Positions 46,614 to 59,437 of a DNA stretch of 64,000 nt are shown here, piece by piece. This stretch comes from Entomortierella parvispora E1425 (Eukaryota; Fungi; Mortierellomycota), in contig BQFW01000007.1 in the NCBI GenBank assembly GCA_020891255.1, positions 1,302,001-1,366,000 on the forward strand, in the 5' to 3' direction. Each line of letters begins with the position of its first letter. Within the stretch, counting starts at the first letter, position 1. The position numbers and the translations under genes are program-made. Under the pieces are notes generated by a model, which saw nothing but the letters and a program-made list of their open reading frames with translations, was not told the origin of the DNA and did not search any database.

Positions 46614-49600
46614 ATGTTGTGGCCAACCCCCTCTCCCGAAAAGTTGTCCAAGGCTGCTGTTGCTGTCGGTGTTCTTCCAGACAGCCCCTCCACTACTCTC
46701 ACCACCACTGCCTCGACGGACCTCGTTGGGTTGGATTCGTTTGACGTCGACTTTGAAAACACGGACGTATCCTCTTCCTTTATCCCAAACAACTCGTTTG
46801 ACAACAGCAGACCCTCGTCGCCTGCAATCCCGCATTTGCAGAACCAGTCGCTACAGCCGGCACTTGCTGTTGACTTGGATAACCTCCCACCAAAAGACCA
46901 AGAATCATCCCAGCAGGGCAAGTCGTCTGTGCTCAGAACCCCGCCCGAATCGCCCATCAAAGGCCACGGGAGAAGCCCAGCGCATCCCCCCACGTATCCC
47001 GCCACTGCACAAGAGCAGGAGCAACAACAACAGCAACAACAACCACAGCCAGAACTACCATACCAGACCAACACCTTGACTCAGCCTCACCAGTTATTCG
47101 ACTCGAATACGAACGTTTCCAGCAGTCTTTCCTCTCCTCCGTCATCACCCACTTTGGCCCAGCCCTCCACAACTCTACCTCCAAAGCTCTCGCAGTCCCT
47201 CAGTGCACACCCGTTGTTTAAAGATTGCACCGAAGCTGGAATACAGCTGCTTGCCTCAAGAATGCACATTCGACACTATCACCCTCAGGATCACATCATT
47301 CATCGATCCGAGCAGTCTAGCGCCATGTTTTATATTCTTCGAGGAACTGTCAAGGTGGTCTCTCATGACAACGAAGCCACTTACTATGAAATCAAAGAAA
47401 ACAACTTCTTTGGGGACGTTGGTGTCCTGTACCGAGTTCCCCGAACCATGGATGTCCTTGCCAAGAACCGTTGCACCATCGCTATTCTTCCTGGCGATGA
47501 CCTCGTCAAGGCTATGGAACAATCACCCGAAATGGCCAAAGCCATCGGCTACCAGACTCAGGAGCGGTACCAGATGTATCTCAAGCGCCGACAGTCCGTC
47601 TCTGCGCGGCGTACCTTAGACGGCGGTACAGGTGGTCCCGATGAGTACCAGAACGATTCAAAGTCGGAGAGCTTTGCAAAGTGCGACGTCCACAGCGCCA
47701 TTCGCAAGGTAAGTTCACTGGGGCGAATATCCTGACGGTGCTGCTATCACAGCAGTCACTCTCTTTCGTGACCAATTAGAGATCGACTCACCCTCTCTCT
47801 TTCCTGCCTTCCCGCCTTCCTTTGCACCCCCCTTTGCTTGTTTCCGTTCTTCCCAAAGGTCCCACTCTTTCAGAGCTGCCCATCTGAGGTCATCCACATG
47901 CTGTCGCTTAACGTTGAGCCAAGGACCTACAACTTGGGTCAGTCCATTATTCACAGAGGCGAGATCGGACGAGAAATGTTTTTTATCGCCTCAGGAACCG
48001 TCGAGATTCTCTCGGACGACAACCTTCGTGTCCTCGCACGTTTCCGTGATGGCCAATTCTTTGGCGAGATTGCAGTGCTGCTGGACGTGCCCCGCATTGC
48101 AAACGTCAAGGCCGTCTCTGAAGTCGAGGTCTTTGTCTTGACCAAGGACAACCTTGAGGCTGTTTTCAAAGCCGTTCCTGGTGCAGCAGAGATCATCACT
48201 TCCGAAGGCAACCGACTTTACCAGGATTGGTTGAACAGCAGACGCAGAAGTCAAAGCATGGACTTGGACGACACGGCGGTGATCGACCCTCAAAGTGCGG
48301 AAGTCAAATCGACTTTGAATGAGGTTGCAACTCCGCCCTGCACAGACCATATCCCACTGCTGCGCCGACGATCATCCGAGGCCACGGTTCATCCCATCGA
48401 AGCTGGTCACCCAGCAGGTAAGATGAGAAAGAGAAAAGGAGCACGCGATGGAAATGCTAGGCGAAAGAATCCAATGTTGCACGACATGAGAAAGTGGCTG
48501 AATATAGCTCTGACCTTGGATCCACTTGTTTTCTTGAACCCAAAGCCATTAGTGTGCTTCCGTTAACCTGTGCCACCGACTTTAAACGGGGGCACCGAGC
48601 TTCCCTCTCACAGTCGTCGGCTATGCCGGTCCCAGGAACAGAAACGCAGGATGACTCACTTCAGGAGGCGCCACCAATTTCATTCTTCAATCAGGATGCG
48701 GGAGCAGACGAGGCACAAGAGCCGCCGACGAGCCGCAATCCTACTATTCGAGGCTTACAAGGAAGCAACCCCAGAAGACGTCGCGCCAGTGTCGCTGTTT
48801 GGTCACAGCAGGATCTCATGAAGCTTGCAGAAGCTGCTCAGGCAAAGTCGTCCATCGACACTTCACACGCGCCTGTTCAGTCTACTTCTTTGGCTCAGTC
48901 AGTGCAGCCTGAACAATGGGAGCATACTGTCCAGGATCCAACCGCACACTTCTTGACAAAGGACTCGAGACGTGGATCTCTGAGTTCTTTGGCGATGAAT
49001 CCTCCCAAAAAACTCATGGGTCCAGCTACGTTCCAAGATCTGCACGACAATATTGTGGCCCAAGTCCTTAATGCGCTTCCAATCGAATCCTTGCTGGCTG
49101 CCCGACGTGTCTGCAGTTCCTGGAACACGCTTATTATGGAGAACGAGAATGTCTTGACGGATCTGGATCTTTCCATGCACAAGAAGACTGTGAACGACGC
49201 GGTCATTGCGAGTATCTGCAGCTCTGTTTTGAGTCGTAAACTCTATCGCACTACCTCTGTATCCTTGCGCGATTGCTTTCTCATTTCGGATAAGGGTCTG
49301 GCCATGATGGTTGCCCATATTCCTGGAGTTCGGAATTTGGATCTCCACAGCTGTTGGAATGTGACTGATGCTGGATTCCGCACGCTAGGAGTACATTGCC
49401 CTGAGCTTCGGTCGGTCGATTTTTCAAACTGCAGAAAGCTCGGCGACGAGACTATCTTTGGCCTCTATCCTAAGGAGGCTATGGAGCTTGTGATCCCCCC
49501 CAAGGAACAGCTTGTAGAGGCGGTCTTAGGACCGCAGGCAGACTCTCATCCTATTCTAGAGGACACCATTGTTATCGATGGCTCGACTGACACCTCGATG

Positions 49601-50773
49601 GATCAGACTCAGGTCTTGCTTACCAGACAGCCATCGATTGACATGGAGGCCGATGGTCAAGGCGCTCAGATTGCTCCAAGTGATTCCTCTCCCCTTGTTG
49701 CGGATACGGTCATGACAGGGGAACCAGAGTCTCTTGCAGCAAAACCCACCGTTAAATTGGCCCCCACGCAGATTGGACCCCGAGGATGCCCACTGCTCTC
49801 ACACTTGAATCTCTCGTACTGCAAGAACTTGACAGACAAGAGCTTTATTCACCTGAGTCTGTATGGCTCCAAGCAGCTTGTGTCCCTTAACCTTCAGAGA
49901 TGCACCACGATCTCTCCAGAGGCCTTTATATCATTGGATATGGATGCTAAAAAGGCCGTCGGTGAAGCTGCATCCGCGACCGTAAACGGTAACTACGGCC
50001 CTCTGGATGGAGGGTATAATCCTCTGGCACAGCCATGCTTTCCAAGGCTTCGCGAACTTTGCCTTTCTGATTGTACTTTTTTAAACGATGCTGCCATTAT
50101 CGCATTGGCTCCCAACATGCCTGCCGTCGAGGGTTTGTCGCTCTCGTTCTGCTGTGCACTGACTGATTTGGCGATTGAGGCGCTCTTGGATAGCTGTGCC
50201 TTTTTGCGCAAGCTGGACTTGTCGTTTTGTGGCTCTGCTGTCTCGGATGCTTCTCTTTACCAAATGGCCCAGATGGATGCTCAAGAACCTGGCGAGTTCA
50301 GTCTGGAAGATCTAGAGATCCGTGGATGCGTCCGTGTGACGGAACACGGTATCCGCGAGATCATTGACAGGTGTCCCAACTTGAAGCGATTGAATGTTAG
50401 TGGTTGTTCTGGAATTGGCGGCGCCCTGAGTGGTACTGGGTCACCCATGGACGAAACACTGAAGGAGGCAGCAGATCAGCCAATCGGCGCTGCTGCAGGC
50501 ACGGTGGATGTGTCTGCCCAGAGTGCTAATGGAGCTGTTCCTGCAGCAGACATGGTGGATGTGTCTGGAGCTGTTACTACAGATACCCCAACGGAATATG
50601 ACACCTGGGGGAACATGGGCCACTCTTGCGTACAGGCAACGAATAATGGATCCTCAGGATCCCTTGCTGCTCCAGCTCATGGAGCTAATCTGGCACGGAA
50701 AATGGATGCTCTGAAGCGGGGTAAGGAGTGGGTACTGGCCCAGCAACGCCCTGGATTGACGATCATTGCTTAA
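46614..50773 (+). CDS. Two cyclic-nucleotide-binding domains plus F-box plus LRR protein (~1293 aa). Exons 46614-47708, 47859-48417, 48546-50773
   Basis: cNMP cassettes FFGDVGVLYRVPRTMDVLA and FFGEIAVLLDVPRIANVKA. F-box FQDLHDNIVAQVLNALPIESLLAARRVCSSW and FBXL/AMN1-type LRRs (LDLHSCWNVTD, LNLSYCKNLTD). The start codon is uncertain. Confidence 0.88.
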
Positions 50774-51194
50774 GGACAGTTGGCTCGTGCTGGCAGATAG
50801 TTTTGCTGGTTCTCGAGGCTCTCCGTGTCGTGTATATATTTTATCCAGGACTCCGAGGCTCAAAGAGTCCTCCTTTACACTCACCTTGTACATACATACA
50901 TTCAAAAAATGGATTCCCATTCGAACGAAATAAATTATCCAAAAAAAAAAAAAAAAAAAAAAGTGACCGTGACTGTGCCCCTGCGCGAACCTCATGTCCT
51001 CATGACAGGATTTGCCATGACAGCCTGGCTCTCATTCGCTCCCTTCCAATCACCCGTTTTTTCTTCATTCTCGACCGCAGCTCTCGGAAGGACCAACCCT
51101 CATCACCATCGCAGGAACATTCCTCAGCCAGACCCTACCAACAGCATACGCTCTCATCAACGAAACGAAACGAGACAGTAGACGTCAGACCACC

Positions 51195-54032
51195 ATGAGG
51201 AAGTTCACGTCCACAGTCTTGGCGCTCTCCCTCGTGGTCGGAGCGACAATGGCCCGAAAGTATCCTACAAGTGGACTGTATAATGTTGACGCCAATGTTC
51301 ATCTTGAGGATGTCAGGGGCACAGTGGCCGCTTTTGGAGACTTCAACGGTGACAAATAGTACGTGAATAGATGGCAATTCATTTGTCCGTTTCATTCAGC
51401 CTGCCGCCGTTACAACTTACTCATCATTTCAACTGGGTCTATTTTTTTTTCACCTGCTTGTTACCAACCACAGCACGGATATCATCACGTTGAGCGACGA
51501 TCAGACTTCGTTCAGCGTGTATCTTTGGGACCACGGTAAGACGACATATGTTGAGATTGTAATATGGCGACTTTGGAGAATCAAAGATCTAACAACTTTT
51601 ATGTCATGTCATCTCACTGGATGTCCTAGCTTCATGGTCGTTCAGTATACTTGACACAGCTACCGTGAACATTGCACAGAGTCCACAGGCGTTTATCATC
51701 ACCAGCATTGTACCAGGCGATTATAACCATGACGGCCGACTCGACTTATTAGTGATGGGACAAGTCGATCCAGTGGGGAACCCCACTGGGGAACTTATGA
51801 TGCGTGTTTACCTCGGCAATATTGATTCGGGATGGGGTAAGCAGCTTCTTTTTGTTGCTGTCTGGATAATGAATGCAAAAGAAGCCCAACCAGAATCTGT
51901 ACTTACCAGCTGTGGGCACTATTACTTGATTAGATGCGAACTACATCACCTTACCATCTTCGACCTCACAACAACCAATGAATTTTGACGTCAATGGAGA
52001 TATGCGGACGGATCTACTGGGATATGCATTTGAAGGATATCAAGCAGGAACAAGTTCTTTATCTGTTTGGAAGAACATCTACGATCCCGCAGCACCCGGA
52101 CCCATTTTTGAAGTGTATGGGATCATTGAACAAAACCATCGTGCTCCAGGAACAACGGAGCGACATGACTGATCTCTGGACCTGTTCTTCAACTCGATAT
52201 TGTCTATAGGGTACCGATGAACTTTACTGGAGAACCCGAATCCAAGTGCACGCTCTCGAATCCCCACTCCAGCGCTTTTGTCGATCTGAATGGAGACTGT
52301 TTGGCTGGTAATTTTTTGGACTGGATCGTAGCGCCAATTTGTAGCAATTTGTTCGAAGCTGACCAGATTGGATCCTTGTGCTCATAGACATCTTTTTAAC
52401 TTGCGTGGTTCCCAACAGCAACCAACTCAGTTACGCCATCTATATCAACAATAAGGATGCTGGATTCGAGTTTGCAGTTGCAGGTCTGCTTCCTACTGGC
52501 GCTGGGCAGGTGACTTTTGCAGACATGGATGGCGATGGAGCAGTCGATATGGTTGTTCCCGCCTGCGACAGTCATGGACAATGCTCAGTATACGTATACT
52601 ATAACCAACAGATGCCACTCTGCACCTCCAAAGACGAAAAAAACTGTCGACAAGTCACGAACCTCTGCGTTGCGGATCCCAACTTCACTTTCAGCCCTGA
52701 TCCGGATCACAACACTATCCCCGGAGCCTTGGTCCAGTTCCCGCTGGCTGATGTTTTGCCTGAAAATCAGCAACTTTTGTTGCAGGATCCTGGATTCAAG
52801 GGAGTGTTGCCTGTGTCAGTCCATGTGGGCGATTACAATCTGGATGGTTACCCCGATTTGCTCGTCGTTAGCGGAACGCAAGGAAACAACAACAAACCCT
52901 CTAGTGCGACACTTCTGCAGTCTGTATTGTGTCGATCCGACAATGGATGCGTCCCCTCGGCAGTAGACGCCAAGAGAAGGAGCTTTGTCAAGGTGACAGA
53001 AGGCGCAAATGAGTTGAACAGTCTGCAGGATGTGCGAGCTGCTGCCTTTCTGGATCTGGATGAAGATGTAAGTCTTCGGTCTCTGGATCTGCTGTGTCTG
53101 ACTGATCTTTTTGAATCAGCCTTAACCTGCATGCTAATTGTGGCTATCATTCTCTCTCCTCATCTCGTTCCATTAGGGCACTGTGGACATCATGCTTCTT
53201 CGCAACAGTAACACGCAACAGGCAATAGCGGGACGATCCATCACCATGATCCACAACAACTATTTCAACGACGCTTTCTTCCTCAAAACGCTCGCCTCCA
53301 ATGGCGTTTGTCCGACCTGGTGTGGACAGTACGACACTAAACCTGCCAAAGTAGGAGCGAAGCCATTCGGTGTCAATTATCCAGGAGCAACGTTCAAGTT
53401 CACGATCTTGGACACGTCAGGAAAGAAGCGTGCGAATCAAGTAGCCCAGTACCCTTCCTCGACATACTTGGGCCTCTCGTTGCCATATTCTCTGTTCGGG
53501 CTTGGACGCACGAACAACTATGTGGAGGAGTTGTTCGTAGGAGTTACTAGAAACCAGCCAGACCACTTCACAACATACGCGGGTGTCATTCCCAACTCAC
53601 AACTGATCATTATCCCATACCAACAAGAGGATGATCAGTCCAGGACACCGCCTTCTGTGACAGAATCGAACACAACGGAGGACAGTGAAGGAACAGTGAC
53701 CGCCCAGGATGAAAAGAAGGGAGGACCAAACGAGTGGACCCTAGAATTGTATATCCGGCCAGGCGACTATGTCCCATGGGTGTTTGTCACACTGGCGACA
53801 GCCATTGCTATCCTTGCCGGCGTGGTCGTTGGATTGAACTGGATGGAGAAGGTAATTGAGAGGAGAGCATGATGTTTGTCATTATATACTGTACTGCTGG
53901 CGATTTTTTAATGGACATCCTTGCTAACGTCCTTTTTCGGCCACCATTGTATCTCTTTTTGTGTCACAATAGCGCGAAGATGAGAGAGAAAGGAAGAAGG
54001 CACTCCATATTATCAATTTTGACGCGCTGTAG
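51195..54032 (+). CDS. ITFG1: ITFG1/LINKIN (TIP)-like FG-GAP repeat type I membrane protein, multi-exon
   Basis: Signal peptide and FG-GAP/Ca-binding motifs FGDFNGD, PGDYNHDGRLD, FADMDGDGAVD, VGDYNLDGYPD. Also SLPYSLFGLGRTNNYVEEL, a TM helix and tail EKREDERERKKALHIINFDAL. Confidence 0.88.
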
Positions 54033-54523
54033 AGTTCTCATACCTTGGGTTTTTAATATACGCTCCAAACTGCATTCTCATTCTAATTGACAGTCGCAGA
54101 TGTAAATGCGTGAACAGAGACACGTATTCTTGAAAACGAACACCTGTTCAGGACAGCACTTGCTTCTCTTTCACTCTCCTGAAAAAGAAGAGCACCTGTC
54201 GGCATTGACCTTCATGCTTGAGCTGAAATGTGTGGACGCTTGCAAACTCAAAAAGCATGCTCTTCAATCTTGTTTCGCGTTCATTGTGGACTTTACAATT
54301 ATTTTTTTTCCTCATTTCATTCTTTTTCTTTCAACGGTCTGCCTTTTCTCTTCCTTCACTCAGCTCCACACACTCACAACGCAGGCATCTTCCAACCGTT
54401 TAATTGCATCCACACCGCTCTATAGCTGTATCCACCAGCGTTACCCTTGTCTCTCTTCAAGCTGCGAGATTAGAACTCACAGCTACAACCTGCTTCAACT
54501 TCATTCCCTCACACGTTGCCTCA

Positions 54524-56374
54524 ATGTCTCGGCGCAAGTTTCCCAAGAGAAGATCGACAAGTGTCCTTAAGGGAGCTCATTCAAATCCAATCTATGTGAT
54601 GCCCCTTTTGTCCCCCAAAAAGTCCGATTGCAGCGCCTATGATCCTCCACAAGTTCCTCCTCCTCCTCCTCCTCCTCCAACGCGACCCCTTCACGTTCTC
54701 ATCGTTGGAGCCGGTATCGGAGGTGTGACCATGGGTTTGATGTTGGAACGAGCCGGTATCTCCTTCCAAATTCTGGAAGCCTCCCCGACGATACGACTTG
54801 TAGGCAGTGCCCTCACCGTTGGTCCAAACCTCATGCGGGTGATGGAGCAGCTAGGGTTTTTGGAGGAGTTGATGAGGGAAAGTAAACCGGTCCGTCAGAT
54901 TCGTTATTACGACCAAACCAACGGTAACTTGTCCATGTCGGATTACAATGGCATTGCCGACATGATGTTTTGTCAAATTCGGTAAGAATGAAAAAAAAAA
55001 TATGATCTCTTGCCACTCCCAGAACCAACGTGAAGTCTGATACTCATCGGCAAACAATCAAACACGTCTCATGGGCAAACCTCTGGGCCTTTTTTTTAAT
55101 CATCATTTCTCGAAAACGATGTTCCTAGTTATGGCAATGCTATACGAGTGATCCCACGAACAACCCTCTACAACATGCTCTATTCGGGTCTACCAAAGGA
55201 CAGGGTCTTGATGGGCAAGCGTGTAATCAATACAACCGAGATTTCAGCCGACGGTACGACTGGCTTGGAGGACGGTAGCCACGTTCAATGTACTTGTGAG
55301 GATGGGTCTGTCTTTGAGGGATCCATCCTTGTCGGTGCCGATGGATCGTACAGCACGGTGCGAAAACAAATGTTTCATACTCTGGAGAAGCTTGGGGAGC
55401 TGAACCCTGACGACCAAGGAGCAACCCTGCAACCATACCAGCACTGTGTGGTGGGTGTCACGGACCCCTTAGATCCCATCGAGTTTGAGGCCATCAATGG
55501 CCACTTTTCAGAGTTCCAGGTTCTCCGAGGACGAGACAACTTGCATTCGGTAAAATGAATCTCTTGATTTGGATGTTTGTGCTTTTGTGCGCTGAAAGAG
55601 AAAAGGATGTAGTACAATGAACCCTCCTGTTAACTGACTCTGTGCCCGATGCTTGCCCTCTTTGTTTCATAAAAGATATGGTTGATGCCATTAACGGACT
55701 ATCGTATCTCCTGGAGCCTGTTCTGTCAGTTTCCAGAGGACCTTCGTCAAGAATACGAGGAGCACAGGGCCCGAGCCACCAACCCTCAGTCCCATTGGAA
55801 GGACGTGTCCAAGAGGATCAGTGACCATGCTCAATCCCTTTTGGAAAGTCTTTGTCATGTCCGGAATCCATTGAGCAACGCTGGCGGGGATTTTGGCGAT
55901 CTGGTGGCTCAAACGCCAGCCGATCGAATCTCGTACGCGACGATGGAACAAGGCGTCTTTACCCGTTGGTACCACGGCCGGACCGTTCTCCTCGGGGATG
56001 CCTGCCATAAATCCTTGCCCTATGGAGGCCAAGGCGCCAACCAGGCCATCCTGGACAGCGTCTACTTGGCGAACAAGCTGTTTGCCCTCCCAAACACGAA
56101 CCCCTCCGCAAGGGAATTGGGGGCCCTCTTTGAAGAGTACCAACGAGATCGGACAACAAGCGCCTATTTGGCTGTATTGGGATCGAGCGCGTACGACTGC
56201 TTATTTGGAGGTCAGAGTTGGTTCTCTGGTCTGTGTCGGTTCCTGTATTTCCGCATGTTGCCCAAGGATCTATTCTACATGGTCTCGGACGCGTTCTATG
56301 GAGTTCGACCCCTTTTGCGGTTCTTGCCCCTGGTCAAGGAAATGAGCTGCATGCCTGCGTCCAAACGTCATTGA
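54524..56374 (+). CDS. FAD-dependent monooxygenase (group A flavoprotein hydroxylase-like); 3 exons
   Basis: VLIVGAGIGG, ILVGADGSYSTVR and VLLGDACHKSLPYGGQGANQAILD. Introns at 54982-55128 and 55550-55675. Confidence 0.9.
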
Positions 56375-56897
56375 GTATATTGCTTTGATGTATTCTATTA
56401 TTGTTGTTATTATTGAGTGGAGGTTCTTGATGAGAGGAAATGAACATCGATCGGTGTCTACGAATAAGTTAACAGGGGAGGCTCTCCTGGCTAGTGATGT
56501 TAATAGCCGGGAAGAGAATGAAATAAATTTGAGCAACCATGATCACCTCATCTTTCTTCGACGCCCAGTGGATGAAACGCGCAAACAAAAGGGAGGGCGA
56601 GGGGACAGATTGCCTCCTCGAAATGGAAGGTCTTTGACGAGAGCGAGTTTGTGCAACAGCAGACCCTAGAGGGCGGGCTTGAAGGGAAGGTCCTTGCTGA
56701 ATGGTGAGATCGATATGTATACGAAGGAGTGATCATCCATGTGGGGGCGATCATTCCCGTCCCCTGAGTGCAGTTGTCCAGCGAGACCTCTCTTCTGTCT
56801 CATATGCAATCAGTCAAGCTCGCCTCTCTGATCTTTATTCCTTCTTTCTCATTGTCAATCTCTTGCTGCCCTTTCCCACATTCACGTTGGAGGAACC

Positions 56898-58736
56898 ATG
56901 TCTGCCCCTGGCAATGTCGTCTTTGCAATCGACCTCCCACCTTTGCATCCTCGTCCTCACAACCAAAGAGTAGATCATGAGCGCCTTGGGACTCAACTCG
57001 GAGCAAGGACATGGCAGGACCGTCTCTTCACCTGGTCCTGCTCTGTGACCCTCTCGCCTCCATCGACAGCAGCAACTGCCGCCGCCGACCCGTTTGGTCT
57101 TCAAAACACGCCTCCTGAGCTAACCGTCTCTCTCCGATGCCGACCGACCGCGACCGCGCCTGTATCGCGCCAATCTTTGGTGAACAATCATCTTTGCTAC
57201 TACTCCCGTCTCTTGGTCGCCTGGTCACACGCCCCGTCTCTGTTGGACCATCGCGTCGGTTCAACCCCGTGCACTCTTTTGGACATGCCTCTTCGCCAAG
57301 CAGAAGTGCTGCTGCAAGGTCTCCAAGGTACTGACAAGAGACAGAGATGATGGTGGACATATCAAAAAAAAAAAAAAAAAAAAAAAAAAAGAAGTGGAGA
57401 ATAAGACAAGACAGTGATCTGACACTTTGCATATTGATCGTGTTCAGTTGAGCTTGAGACTTCCCTGCTTCCGAGCAATGATCGGTGTCAACTGCACGTG
57501 GTTTTGTGCATGCACGAGAACAACCAGGACACCACAGCCTCAACGTCTCATCCCCTGGAAAGAACGCAAAGGATAGGGCAGAGACAGAGGAGGACGTGTT
57601 CTTTGGATCCAAGGTTCATCTCCACTGAGGCTTACCAACAGTTGGACAAAGTCCTGGAAAGTGAAGTTGGGGCTGATGTTGAAATCATGTTTGCCAGGGA
57701 TCCGTTCGAGATGATTTGGATGGACGCAAGGCCGACGGTAGACGAAATGCATGCTCATTCCTGCATCCTGAAAACAGTCGGTACTGAGTCAATGAAACGG
57801 CTATTGAACACTTTTCCTCCTGAAGAGGACCGAAGGTTCACCCGAACGAATGCAGGCAGGGCCAAAGGGAGTGCGAGGGATGTTCCGCGGGATCTTCAAC
57901 AAGGAGGTCAAGAAGGAAGCGAAGATACTGGGGGGATCGGTAGCCAAGATCAAACTGGCGCCTGCAGTACCAGCACCAGCACCAGTAGCAGTACCAACGA
58001 CATCAACAGCAACAGCAACAATGACAACAATGACAACGACAGCAGCAGCAACGGAATAGATGCCTTCGGAATAAGACTTGGGAGCAGAAACAGCGGCTGC
58101 AATAACAGTACCAGCAGCAGTGGTACCAGCACACAAATTCAACCAGCACGAGAGCCAATACGCACTATCCGCTTTGAGGACTCACCTCCTGCCGTTGTGC
58201 GGGCTGTTGTCCGTTATATCTATCTGGGCGAAAGACCTGCCGTTGAGGCCAATTGTGGATACACAGTCAAAGATCTAATGGCTCTGGCTACATTCTTGGG
58301 AATTGGACCTTTGGAAGATTACTGTGTGTCACTCGTCCTTGGTCTCCCACAAGACAGCTGTTGCCGCGAGAGCAATGATCATCGGCCGATTATGTGTTCC
58401 AGGCACTCGTCCTTGGCAGACTGGCAGCAAGGGCCAGGAGCTACAGTCGGGGCTGAGGCAAGAAATCAAACAAAACTGCAAGTGAACCCCACAGAGAAGG
58501 CGATGATGCCTCCGGAGTCCATACTCCAAACTTTATTTGCGTGGGGGCACCGGTTTCCGAGGATTGAACAGGCGCTGATCGAGGTGTTGGTGTCAGACCA
58601 CGGAAAAGTCTTATCGAAGTCAGAAGCAAAGATCTTGGACAGATTTAAAGACCACCAAGCGTTTGAAAGGATCTTGGTCGGAATGATGTTGGAACAGGTC
58701 CGCCGTCGATCTGTGGACGGCCACGCGCGGTGGTGA
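56898..58736 (+). CDS. BTB/POZ domain protein (~572 aa); intron 57328-57447
   Basis: The spliced frame joins ORFs 56898-57350 and 57498-58736. BTB halves ADVEIMF...MHAHSCILK and IRFEDSPPAVVRAVVRYIY...VKDLMALATFLGIGPLEDYC. Confidence 0.78.
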
Positions 58737-59437
58737 TCGAGAGTCCATGGGATGCGCAGACTGAAAATAACCGAGGAAGGGGCATGTCAGCCAAACATGG
58801 CGCTGACTACTGACGCTATTATTTCGCGAGAGCATTTTTCGACGGAGACCGAACGGCAGAAGGAAAGAAATGGAGGAAGAACAAACGGAGGAGCTACAAA
58901 AAAAAAAAAAAAAAAAAAAATTGCGAATCACGAAAATAAAGACGTTGGGAGCTCACTTTAGTTGATGCAAGTATACATGTACAAGACATGAGGATGAAGA
59001 TAGAACGGTCCGGGAAGAGAATCCAAGACGACAGAGAAGATGAGCATTGAATTTGCTCTCTCTGGCTGCTGCATCACAGGGGTCGCAAGGGTGCAGCACA
59101 GGCACCAAAACACATGCTGTGTTCCCTCAAAGAGCGTCGCCAAGGAGGGGTTCCTTGGCTTGTGCTCCCTTCCACAACCACATTCTTTTCTCATCCCCCT
59201 CTCACATGCACCCATTGTTCATCTGCTTTGCCAAATTGCATCCTTTCCTTCACATTCTCCGTCCATTCTTCCTTCCCTTCCTGTTAATGCTATTTTACAA
59301 TTTCTCGTTCCTGTACCCCTGAGATAATACCTTCCTTCAACGGCCAGTCTGCAGCGTAACAAACATTCCGTTGTCCCCCCTGTTTCGAAACGAAATCCAC
59401 TGCGGCCACTGACCCCCTTCATAAGACTCTCGGCACC

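Noticed and set aside
57363-57390. Long A/T homopolymers (also ~14691, 19337, 50941, 58898) as possible retroposon tails
   Set aside because: They occur in introns and intergenic DNA on both strands with no target-site duplications or shared 5' body. They look like ordinary mononucleotide microsatellites.
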